Shown here: one piece after another, positions 18,720 to 26,960 of the stretch
Position numbering within the stretch: the stretch's first letter is position 1
Layout: the number at the start of each line of letters is the position of its first letter
Assembly: GCA_037444485.1 (NCBI GenBank)
Contig: JBBIMI010000002.1
Location: 9,794-73,793, forward strand
Length of the DNA stretch: 64,000 bases
From: Candidatus Micrarchaeota archaeon
GTDB lineage: Archaea; Micrarchaeota; Micrarchaeia; Norongarragalinales; Norongarragalinaceae
Direction of reading: 5' to 3'
Position numbers and translations under genes: made by a program
The notes under the pieces: model-generated
The model's database searches: none
The model's input: the letters and a program-made list of their open reading frames with translations, nothing else
What the model was told of the DNA's origin: nothing

Positions 18720-19703
18720 TTACTTCCGCCAAGTTACTTTCACGGCGTCAGTTCGCTGGTAAGGTAAAATTTTCAGTGAATCGTAATCGCGCGTCGCCTG
18801 CTTTTTTTGAAGAATTCCCTGCCAAGCAATCATCGCTCCATTGTCTACAAGAAACTCGTTTGGTGGCACAAACAGCTTCGCGCCCCGTTCTTCGCACATT
18901 ACTCGCGCTTTTTCTTGCAGGATTTTCGAGCACGCTACACCCCCGCCGAGGAGGAGCTCATTCTTTGCGCAGTGTGCAAGCGCGCGTTCGGCGACTTCCA
19001 CTAGCATTGAGAAGGCGACTTCTTGAAGCGAGTACGCTAAGTCTTCTTTTGAGTGCTTGCCGGAGTCAGCTAGTTGCTTTGCGCGAGTGAGTAGGCCGGA
19101 AAACGTTAAGTCCATTCCTTTAACGGTGTATGGAAGCGATACAAAGTTTTTTGCTTTATAGTATAATTCTTGTAGTTTCGGGCCGCCGGGAAAGCCGAGT
19201 CCCAAGTGACGCGCGAACTTGTCTAGCAAGTTGCCGGCGCCTATGTCGAGTGTCTCGCCAAAAATTCTGTAGCGGCCTCCCTCAAAAGCAATCACTTGAG
19301 TGTTGGCCCCGCTCACGTAAAGTAGTACTGGATCTCTAGCTTTCGTCAGCAGCCGCCCGATCTCGAGGTGCGCGCAACAATGATTGACTCCGACTGCCGG
19401 GGTGTTCAAGCGCTTGGCTAGTTCGCGAGTTTTTTCTAGTCCGACTTGAAGACAATTGCCTATTCCGGGTCCTTGAGAAAAAGAAACCAAATCGATTCGC
19501 GATTTGTTCAACCCGCTTTTTTCAAGAGCTGATGCAAAAACTTCGTCTGCGCGGCGCCTCAAGAAAGCTGCGACTTCGCTGGGAATTATTCCTGTGCCGT
19601 CGGAAGCAAAGCTTGCTTTTTCGTTCACTAAAATCCTTCCCTTGTCTGAAACTACTCCAACCCCGAACGTGTGAGCAGTTGATTCTATTCCAAGGCAAAA
19701 CAT
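18720..19703 (-). CDS. kae1: KEOPS tRNA t6A transferase Kae1
   Basis: LGIESTAHT, HCCAHLE, VSGANTQ, GGGVA, DNGAMIAW. Confidence 0.96.
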   Translation of the reverse strand: MFCLGIESTAHTFGVGVVSDKGRILVNEKASFASDGTGIIPSEVAAFLRRRADEVFASALEKSGLNKSRIDLVSFSQGPGIGNCLQVGLEKTRELAKRLNTPAVGVNHCCAHLEIGRLLTKARDPVLLYVSGANTQVIAFEGGRYRIFGETLDIGAGNLLDKFARHLGLGFPGGPKLQELYYKAKNFVSLPYTVKGMDLTFSGLLTRAKQLADSGKHSKEDLAYSLQEVAFSMLVEVAERALAHCAKNELLLGGGVACSKILQEKARVMCEERGAKLFVPPNEFLVDNGAMIAWQGILQKKQATRDYDSLKILPYQRTDAVKVTWRK

Positions 19704-19910
19704 TTAAGACACCATAAGAAAACGATGAAAAACCATAAAATTGTTGCAGGATTTATTGCGGTGTTGCGGGATTTATTGCGAATGCGGAATTGTTTAACAG
19801 AATCTGTTCCTGAAGCAAGCCACCAAAATTTTTACTGCACGCAATTGAAAGAAAAATTAAGCAATCTAACTGAAAAAATTAACTGAAAAAATATTTTACG
19901 AGATTTCCAC

Positions 19911-20161
19911 CGCGGCAGATAACGGTTTACTGGATGACGTCCCACCAAGGTTGAAGCCTCAAGTTTCCTTAACGCGTTACGCGAACACAGTTAAAAGCGT
20001 TTTGCCTTGCGTCAAGCGCGATGCGAGGCCCGCGCCTGCGGTACTGCGGCGGACGCGGATTACTCGCCTGCAATGCTTTAAAGCCTGCGACGTGCGCTCG
20101 AACTCTCAAAAGCGTTTCACGTTAACGAACGCGTACAACGTTTAGTAAACCAGCTGCAGCG
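19911..20161. ncRNA. Candidate ~250-nt structured ncRNA or leader between kae1 and bud32
   Basis: Nested long-range helices CGCGGCAG/CTGCAGCG, GGTTTACTG/TAGTAAACC, ACGCGTT/AACGCGT, GTTAA/TTAAC, AAGCGTTTTG/CAAAAGCGTTT closing three hairpins; no credible ORF. Confidence 0.5.
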
Positions 20162-20467
20162 ATAGGTTTTTTAAAGAAAACCCGAAATTACTTAAACAAT
20201 CCAAAACTCTAGGATACTTCAACATTTGACAACAGTATTGTATTTAGTATTGTATTTAGCGCACCACCGCAACGTAGCGTACCACCGCAAGGCTCACTAC
20301 CGTAAGTGGTGCACGCTGACCCGGAAAAAACTGGCTCACGCCGCCATCTCCTGCGACGCGCACAACAAGAGCCTGCGTCAGCGAGCCCGCGCGGCCACTA
20401 CAAAAAACTAAAAAAAATTAACTGAAGCGAAAAAATTAAGGGCGAAAAATTAGCGAAATAATTAGGG

Positions 20468-20545
20468 TTGATTCACCCGTGACTTCATCCGTTGCGTTCA
20501 GGCAACGGGTTTCTCGATGCAACGGGTTTCTCAGCCAAACACGTT
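20468..20545 (-). mobile_element. Short palindromic element resembling an IS200/IS605 right-end remnant (nested duplicate)
   Basis: Hairpin CCGTTGC/GCAACGG, duplicated gcaacgggtttctc, ends ...GGGTGAATCAA on the minus strand; shares flanks with 24814-24867. Confidence 0.4.
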
Positions 20546-20548
20546 TAA

Positions 20549-21190
20549 ATGAAACATGAAAAACGCGTTGTAATCGGTGGAGGGGCGGAAGCAATCATTT
20601 ACCGTGCAGGAGCACGCGTGATAAAACACCGCCCAAAAAAAAGCTACAGGCACCCGAAAATAGAATTAGAGTTTAGGGTAGCCCGCACGCGGCGGGAAGC
20701 GCGCGTGCTCTCAAAGGCAGCAGCCATCGGCATCAAGGTTCCCCGCGTGTTGTCGGAAAAAGCGCGCGAAGGAATTCTTGAAATAGAGTATGTTGCGGGA
20801 AAGAAAATGCGTGACGTGCTTGATGCAGCGCACGGTGGGGTGACGCCCCGCATTCTCGCTTACTGCCGCAAGATTGGAGAAGGAATTGCTTTGCTTCACA
20901 AGCACGACATCGTGCACGGCGACTTGACCACATCAAACTTTATTGTTAAGGGCGACGATGTTTACTTCATTGACTTCGGGCTGAGTTTTCATTCACCGCG
21001 CTTCGAAGACAAGGCGGTAGACCTTCACTTGTTGAAGCGCGCGCTTTCCAGCAGGCACTACGAGAATTGGGTGAAACTCTTCAACGCAGTACTTGAAGGC
21101 TATAAAAAAGTTTTCGGTAAAGAAACCGATTTTGTACTCAAGCGGTTGGAAGTCGTTGAATCGCGCGGGCGTTATAAGAAAAAAACGTGA
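20549..21190 (+). CDS. bud32: KEOPS kinase/ATPase Bud32
   Basis: GAEA, KSYRHP, RTRREA, HGDLTTSN, FIDFGL, EDKAVDL, RGRY. Confidence 0.96.
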   Translation: MKHEKRVVIGGGAEAIIYRAGARVIKHRPKKSYRHPKIELEFRVARTRREARVLSKAAAIGIKVPRVLSEKAREGILEIEYVAGKKMRDVLDAAHGGVTPRILAYCRKIGEGIALLHKHDIVHGDLTTSNFIVKGDDVYFIDFGLSFHSPRFEDKAVDLHLLKRALSSRHYENWVKLFNAVLEGYKKVFGKETDFVLKRLEVVESRGRYKKKT

Positions 21191-21195
21191 ATTAA

Positions 21196-21849
21196 GTGAA
21201 TAAAAAAATCAAGGTTTTAATTAAGAATAAAAAAATCAAGGTTTTAATTAAGAAATACGGCGGGCTTTACAGCACTGCGCTCGGAATAAACTTGCGCGGC
21301 GCGCGGGAAAGCGAAGTCTTCAAGTGGTTCCTTGCTTCAATGCTTTTCGGCGCACGCATCAGCGAAGACAAAGCTTTTTCGACTTACCGCGAATTCAAGC
21401 GAATGCGCGTTCTCTCGCCTGACGCGATTCTCCGCACTGGTTGGGACGGGCTCGTGGGAATTCTCGATAACGGCGGTTACGTGCGTTACGACTTCAGCAC
21501 CGCGACAGACTTACTCGAATGCGCGAAAACCTTGAAACAAAAATACGGCGGCAAGCTCTCTCGCCTCTGCACGCAAGCTAAAAACCACGGTGAACTAGTA
21601 GCGCGGTTGCTTGAACTCCGCGGCGTCGGGCCAGTGACTGCAAGCATTTTCTTACGCGAACTCCGCGGCGAGCGAGAGTGGTGCAAAGCACGACCGATGC
21701 CTACGCAACTCGTCCTGCTCGCAGCGCGAAAACTCGGAATCAAGAACATCGCGAAAACGCTGGAAGAACTCCCGCCCCGCAAGTCGATTACACTTGAAAC
21801 CGCGCTCGTGCGCGTTGGAAAACTCGCGCGACACGGCAAGAAAATCTGA
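21196..21849 (+). CDS. HhH-GPD superfamily DNA glycosylase-like protein
   Basis: FKWFLASMLFGARI, GGYVRYD, LRGVGPVTASIFLRELR. Confidence 0.8.
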   Translation: MNKKIKVLIKNKKIKVLIKKYGGLYSTALGINLRGARESEVFKWFLASMLFGARISEDKAFSTYREFKRMRVLSPDAILRTGWDGLVGILDNGGYVRYDFSTATDLLECAKTLKQKYGGKLSRLCTQAKNHGELVARLLELRGVGPVTASIFLRELRGEREWCKARPMPTQLVLLAARKLGIKNIAKTLEELPPRKSITLETALVRVGKLARHGKKI

Positions 21850-21922
21850 CAAGAAAATTGTCTGTAAATTGTCTGTAAAGTCTGTTAAACGACGGCGGTT
21901 AAGCGTCGGCGTTAAGCGTTCG

Positions 21923-22492
21923 TTAAGCGAACAACTGCGGGAAATGCAGAGCGAGTACTATCGTGAAAATGTTGTAGCCAGCGTGCGCGAGCATGCATGC
22001 ATGCAAGTCGTTGTTCCTGCGAAGTTCAAGGCCCAATAGTACTGAAATCAAGAAAGCCGCAATCACCTCGACTATCGAGCCGTAACCCAAGTGCAGAGCG
22101 GCGAACAAAACGCTTGAAAAGATTATTCCGATTCGCTTCTGCAAGTAACCGCGGAAAAACAATTCTTCACCAATCGGGCTCACGCTCACGGCAATAAAAA
22201 GAGTTAATGCGTTCTGCGCGCGAATGAAGTCTAACACTTTCCGCGAGTCGAGAAAACCAAAGAAATTGGAAATGTTCGCAAGCAACAATAACACTAAAAG
22301 CATTAAGACGAACAAGCGAACAGCGCGCAAGACCGACTTCACTGGATTAAAGTATTCTAGAGATAGCAATTTCGGGAAATCGCGTAATCGCTTGCGCTCG
22401 AACGCGAGCAGAACGAAGGGCAGAATTAAAATCAAGAAAGGCAATAATGGTAACTGGATTCCTGAAGAAAACGAGGAAAACAATTCTCGCAC
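21923..22492 (-). CDS. CPBP/Abi (CAAX-like) intramembrane metalloprotease
   Basis: EELFFRG, LFAALH, HAGYN motifs. Confidence 0.92.
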   Translation of the reverse strand: MRELFSSFSSGIQLPLLPFLILILPFVLLAFERKRLRDFPKLLSLEYFNPVKSVLRAVRLFVLMLLVLLLLANISNFFGFLDSRKVLDFIRAQNALTLFIAVSVSPIGEELFFRGYLQKRIGIIFSSVLFAALHLGYGSIVEVIAAFLISVLLGLELRRNNDLHACMLAHAGYNIFTIVLALHFPQLFA

Positions 22493-22536
22493 ACCAGAGA
22501 AACAAGTAGAAAAAACCAGTTAAAAAAATCTGGGTT

Positions 22537-22686
22537 TCAGAGTTTTTCCATGTAGCCGCAGCGTCCGCAGCTTCGGCGGTCCTTGTGTTCCGCAAGCGCG
22601 ACTCCAGGCCCGCATTTTGGGCAGTACTTGCGTGGCTTGAAAGGCTTGAATGCTTTCTTTTTCCCTTTTCCTTTTTCTTCAACCAT
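22537..22686 (-). CDS. rps27ae: 30S ribosomal protein S27ae (eS31)
   Basis: Manual translation [49 protein letters not shown]; follows S24e. Confidence 0.95.
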   Translation of the reverse strand: MVEEKGKGKKKAFKPFKPRKYCPKCGPGVALAEHKDRRSCGRCGYMEKL

Positions 22687-22726
22687 TAACTAATAATTTC
22701 CCCCTTCACGCTTATTCACTTATTAC

Positions 22727-23074
22727 TTATCTTATTACTGATTCTTCGCTTGCTTTCTTTTCAGCTTCTTCGCTTACTTTCTTTTCAACGCTTTCCTTTT
22801 TTTCTTTATGCTTGCCGCGCGCGAGCTTGAAAGAGCGTTCCGTCTTCTTAAGCGCGTTTGCGTTCGAATAGATTTTCGCGTTTACTATCGCCTGCCGTTC
22901 ACCGAACTTTTGCGTGATAGCGTCTATAACGATCGTGTCCGGACTTGCTTTAAAGAATTCGCTTAACTGCTTCAACAATTCATCGCGTGATGGTGTTGCG
23001 TCCACGCGTTCGACGAGTACGGCGACTTCCTTGCGTGAAAACAATGGGTTTTCATTTTGTTTCAAAACCTTCAT
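22727..23074 (-). CDS. rps24e: 30S ribosomal protein S24e
   Basis: NPLFSRKE, TPSR, FG, AKIY. Confidence 0.93.
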   Translation of the reverse strand: MKVLKQNENPLFSRKEVAVLVERVDATPSRDELLKQLSEFFKASPDTIVIDAITQKFGERQAIVNAKIYSNANALKKTERSFKLARGKHKEKKESVEKKVSEEAEKKASEESVIR

Positions 23075-23134
23075 CGAATTCCCACCGGTTTTCCGCTCAG
23101 TTTTCCACTCGATTTTTTTTACTCGGTTTTCAAC

Positions 23135-23320
23135 TCACTTTATTTTTAATGCGTAGCGTCCGGGCGCGGTTGCGCCTAACGCTTTCGCTATTTCAGAATT
23201 CTCGATGTTCATCAACACGATGTAGCCTTCCCACGTTTTCGTCAACTGAGAATCCTTGCAAACTGGGCAAACGTCGCCTTTCACGATGAGCCGGCATTTC
23301 TTGCACGCTTTCTCAACCAA
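23135..23320 (-). CDS. spt4: Transcription elongation factor Spt4 (RpoE'')
   Basis: ACKKC, CPVC, WEG, SEIAK, PGRYAL. Confidence 0.95.
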   Translation of the reverse strand: MVEKACKKCRLIVKGDVCPVCKDSQLTKTWEGYIVLMNIENSEIAKALGATAPGRYALKIK

Positions 23321-23462
23321 CTATGTTCACCATATTCACTAAGGTTCACTGAAGAAATTTGGTTTTATCATTGACTTTATCGAATTCATTTTTCACTCTC
23401 GATTTAATTAATTTTTGATTAATTTTTGATTATTTTTTATTTTTTAATTTTTTAATTTTTTT

Positions 23463-24050
23463 CTACTTTTTCTTTTTCTTTTGCGCGCCAGCCGCGCCTT
23501 CCGCTTTCTCGCTTTCTTCGCCTGAGGCAGCCGCAGTTTTTCCAAGTCCCTCGGGGCGCATGGTTAAAGCGATTTTGCTGTTGGGAATGTTGTCCTTCAA
23601 GCTAACGGTAGCGATTTTCACGCGAACTTTATCGCCTTTGCGTAGGAGTCGCTTCGAATCGCGGCCCACGAGCGCGCCTTGCTTCTTGTCGAAAGTCATG
23701 AAGTCGTTCGCGACTTGCGACACGTGCACTAAGCCGTCGATGGGTCCAAGCCGCACGAAAGCTCCGAACTCGACTATTTCGCTGACTTTTCCGTCGACAA
23801 CCTCGTTAATCTGCGGCGAAAATACGAGTGCTTCGCACTCTACGTCAAAGTATGCGGCCCCGTCGCCGTGAAGCACGCGGCCTGGCGACTTGATTTTAGC
23901 GTTGTGCAGGCTTACAATTATTCCGAGCTGCTTGTCGACGGTGCGTTCGTACTGCTCGCGCAGGATTTTCAGCGCTGCCTTGTTTAACGGCATTCCAAAC
24001 AAGTTTGGGGGAATGCGCACGCTTTCTTCGAAAGTCAAGAGCTTGTACAC
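23463..24050 (-). CDS. rpo7: RNA polymerase subunit Rpo7 (E')
   Basis: RIPP, GDGA, FGAFVRLGPIDGLVHVSQ, LTMRPEGLGK. Confidence 0.96.
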   Translation of the reverse strand: MYKLLTFEESVRIPPNLFGMPLNKAALKILREQYERTVDKQLGIIVSLHNAKIKSPGRVLHGDGAAYFDVECEALVFSPQINEVVDGKVSEIVEFGAFVRLGPIDGLVHVSQVANDFMTFDKKQGALVGRDSKRLLRKGDKVRVKIATVSLKDNIPNSKIALTMRPEGLGKTAAASGEESEKAEGAAGAQKKKKK

Positions 24051-24135
24051 TTGTTCACCTTCCGATTTTTTCTTTTAACTAAACAAACAAAAAAATTTTT
24101 GGGAATAAAAAAAATAGTTCGAATAAAAAAGGGTT

Positions 24136-24519
24136 TTAAGCTAATACGATTGTCTTGTTTCTCAAGGTTATACTTTGCACTCCCGCCTTTTTTAATCTTT
24201 GTCTCAAAACATAGTCGAGAGTCGCGACGATAGCGCCGTGTTCGCGCGCGAAGTCGAAAACCGCCTTGTCAGCTGACTGCACTGCAGTCGCGATTTCATC
24301 AACAGAATTCGCGCGCAAGTATTCCTGGATTGCGGGAAAAGCGCGTTTGCCTTCGCTCAACGCCTTTAACTCGTTCAGGCACGGCTTGAGCACCACTAAG
24401 CGCACTGGAAAGTCGAAGAACTCGCGAATCAATGCCGCGAAGTCGACTTTCTTCTGCGTTAACGCGAGGAGAAAATTCGTGTCGAGCACAACGATTTTCT
24501 GGATTTTTCGTAAAGCCAA
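24136..24519 (-). CDS. PIN-domain protein (Fcf1/Utp24-like)
   Basis: VVLDTNFL, ELKAL, ADK, VATLD; conserved position upstream of rpoE. Confidence 0.88.
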   Translation of the reverse strand: MALRKIQKIVVLDTNFLLALTQKKVDFAALIREFFDFPVRLVVLKPCLNELKALSEGKRAFPAIQEYLRANSVDEIATAVQSADKAVFDFAREHGAIVATLDYVLRQRLKKAGVQSITLRNKTIVLA

Positions 24520-24641
24520 TCCCTGTCCCTTAACGTCTCTTAACGATTCTGTTAATAAATGAATAATAAATGTTATAATAAACTTAATTAAATCATTCCA
24601 AACTTAATTAAATCCGCTTGAAAAAAAAATTTAAGCGCGTT

Positions 24642-24749
24642 GGGCTCGTAGCTCAGCTTGGCTAGAGCGCCTGGCTTTTAACGAATTTTTTGAAAGAAAA
24701 AAATTTGAGTGAAACCAGGAGGTCGTGGGTCCGAATCCCGCCGAGCCCG
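24642..24749 (+). tRNA. tRNA-Lys(TTT) with 33-nt intron at 37/38 (24681-24713)
   Basis: GGGCTCG/CGAGCCC-G, anticodon stem CCTGG/CCAGG, relaxed BHB; T loop TCCGAAT. Confidence 0.92.
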
Positions 24750-24813
24750 CTAGTTTTTGGCTGGTTTTTATTGCTAGTTTTTATTTTCTAGAATTGGAAT
24801 AGAATTTTGCAGC

Positions 24814-24867
24814 TGATTCGTTCTCGCCCAGCGACTGAAGTCGCGAGATTTTTCAGCCAAACGCGTT
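24814..24867 (-). mobile_element. Second short palindromic element, IS200/IS605-end-like
   Basis: GCGACTGAAGTCGC hairpin flanked by tgattc and tcagccaaacgcgtt, as at 20468-20545. Confidence 0.4.
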
Positions 24868-24975
24868 AAAAAAACATAAACGCGTTAAAAAAAACACTGT
24901 TTTATAAAATATTTTTTATAAAGAAACTTTTAGGTTTAGAGTTTTGAGTTAGAGTTCGGGTTAGTTAGGGGTTTT

Positions 24976-25635
24976 TCAACGAGTTTTGAATCCGCAAGCC
25001 TCAAGCACTCGCTTGAAAACTTTCTCGACGGGCGCTTCACCATTCACTTCGCGCAAGATTTTTTTCTTAGCGTAGAAAGCAATCAACGGCTTTGTTTGTT
25101 TCTCGTAATTCTTTAAACGCGTTTTAATGGCTGCTGGCTCGTCGTCGCTTCGCTTGAACAACTTGCCTCCGCACTTCGGGCATGGCTGCGACTCGCGAAT
25201 TTTATTAGAAAGAAGACTGTAAATCGAGCCGCATTTTCCGCATTGTCTCCGCGCGCTCAAACGCTTGACTGACTCGCGCCGCGAAATCTTTAGGTTTACC
25301 ACAGCGTTAGCTGGAGGGAGTTTCAAGCGCGCGAGAAGCTTTTCAAGCAAGCGGGCTTGATTGACAGTCCGCGGATAGCCGTCGAGAATGACGCCGTTGC
25401 GCGAGTCGCGCATGCGCAACCGTTTTTCGAGAATGCTTGTGGTCAAGTCGTCCGGCAACAACTCTCCTTTCGAGATTATTGAATTGATTTTCTTGCTGAG
25501 CCGAGTTTTCTTCACGGTTTCAGCCCGAATCAAATCACCTGCAGAAACGTGCGGGATTCCTAGTTTTCTGCTTAACAACTTTGCTTGAGTGCCTTTACCG
25601 CTTCCTTGCGGTCCAAACAAGATTATTGTAGGCAT
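24976..25635 (-). CDS. adk: Adenylate kinase (bacterial type, Zn-binding LID)
   Basis: GPQGSGKGTQA, LDGYPRT, CGKC...CPKC, RSDD. Confidence 0.93.
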   Translation of the reverse strand: MPTIILFGPQGSGKGTQAKLLSRKLGIPHVSAGDLIRAETVKKTRLSKKINSIISKGELLPDDLTTSILEKRLRMRDSRNGVILDGYPRTVNQARLLEKLLARLKLPPANAVVNLKISRRESVKRLSARRQCGKCGSIYSLLSNKIRESQPCPKCGGKLFKRSDDEPAAIKTRLKNYEKQTKPLIAFYAKKKILREVNGEAPVEKVFKRVLEACGFKTR

Positions 25636-25643
25636 TCGTTTTT

Positions 25644-26855
25644 TCACACGATTTTTCCGGCTGCGTACAACCTCCAACGGTTGTTGACGCGCCGCATGAG
25701 CGCAACGCGGTCGCCTTTATTCGCGCAAACTGGTTTTTTAAAGGTTAAGTGCAGCACGCCCCTCTTGCTAGCTGACGGAAAACCGATTGTGGTAGAGGTT
25801 CCCACGCCAACGACGATTGGCTCGGTCGGAGCGATTGCCTGCGGAAAGCTTTCTATGACGCGCTTGAGTGGAGTGACTTCGATTGCGAGTTCACTCCACA
25901 CCGGCGGCAGCGAATTCTTTTCGCCGAGAACGCAACCGACAAGAGAATCGCTTTTCGTGAGCGCTGGGTCGAGTTCAGTCGAAACCCCTATTAGGCCGCC
26001 TGGAAACGCTTCGTTTACGCGCTCGCCGCCAGCGTGCAGTGCAACTATCTTCGTAGAAATTGTTTCGTAGTATTCTCGCGTTTTAGACTGGTGCAGCACG
26101 CCCGGCGAGATGGTGACTTCGCTTCCTTCGCGTAGTTTTCCTTGCACTAGCGAACCGCCAACCACACCACCCACAAGTTTTTTGTAATCGGTGCCTGGCT
26201 TGTTGACGTCGAAACTCCGCGCGACGAGGAACTTTGGTGCGGCGTTCAAGTTGCGTTTTGGAGTCGGAATGTGTTCTTCAATCGCTTGAATGAGCGCGTC
26301 TAGGTTCAAGCCGTAATTCGCTACTACGGGAATTACTGGCGCGTTTTCGAAAGGTGAGTCGCGCAGGAATTCCTTGATTTGCTTGTAGTGCTCGAACGCT
26401 TTTTCTTTGGAAACCAAGTCAATCTTGTTTTGAACCACGACGACGTTCTTCACGCCGCTCGCTTCCAGCACCGCGAGGTGTTCGCGCGTTTGCGGTTGCG
26501 GACACTTTTCGTTGGCGGCGATTACAAACAATGCGCCGTCGACGATGCTGCTAGCTGCTATTACTGTTGCCATGAGAGTCTCGTGCCCAGGCGCGTCGAC
26601 GAAGGACACGACGCGCGTAACGCGTGTTTCACTGCCGCACGCTGGACACTTTTCTTTTGTGGTGAATGCTTGAGGCTCTGGACACGATGCGCACTTGCGG
26701 AACGCCACGTCAGCATAACCGAGTTTTATTGTAATGCCTCGCTTGATTTCCTCGCTGTGCGTATCAGTAAACTTGCCTGTGAGAGCAGCCACGAGAGTAG
26801 TCTTGCCGTGGTCCACGTGACCCGCAGTCATCACATTCAATTCAGCTTGAGTCAA
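25644..26855 (-). CDS. eif2g: Translation initiation factor 2 gamma subunit
   Basis: GHVDHGKT, RGITIKLGY, DAPGHE, QNKID, RSFDVNKPG, RWRL. Confidence 0.97.
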   Translation of the reverse strand: MTQAELNVMTAGHVDHGKTTLVAALTGKFTDTHSEEIKRGITIKLGYADVAFRKCASCPEPQAFTTKEKCPACGSETRVTRVVSFVDAPGHETLMATVIAASSIVDGALFVIAANEKCPQPQTREHLAVLEASGVKNVVVVQNKIDLVSKEKAFEHYKQIKEFLRDSPFENAPVIPVVANYGLNLDALIQAIEEHIPTPKRNLNAAPKFLVARSFDVNKPGTDYKKLVGGVVGGSLVQGKLREGSEVTISPGVLHQSKTREYYETISTKIVALHAGGERVNEAFPGGLIGVSTELDPALTKSDSLVGCVLGEKNSLPPVWSELAIEVTPLKRVIESFPQAIAPTEPIVVGVGTSTTIGFPSASKRGVLHLTFKKPVCANKGDRVALMRRVNNRWRLYAAGKIV

Positions 26856-26960
26856 ATCACTTTAACCCTCGAATGAAACTAAATTCGATAAACAAATTTC
26901 AACAAACAAATTTCAACAAATTCGCTTGCAAGAACAGGCTTGAATCAAAAAAAATGTAGT

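Noticed and set aside
20060..20095. SRP RNA helix 8 (CAGG...AGCA on the minus strand)
   Set aside because: No GNRA-capped stem between the motifs and no Alu domain recognised
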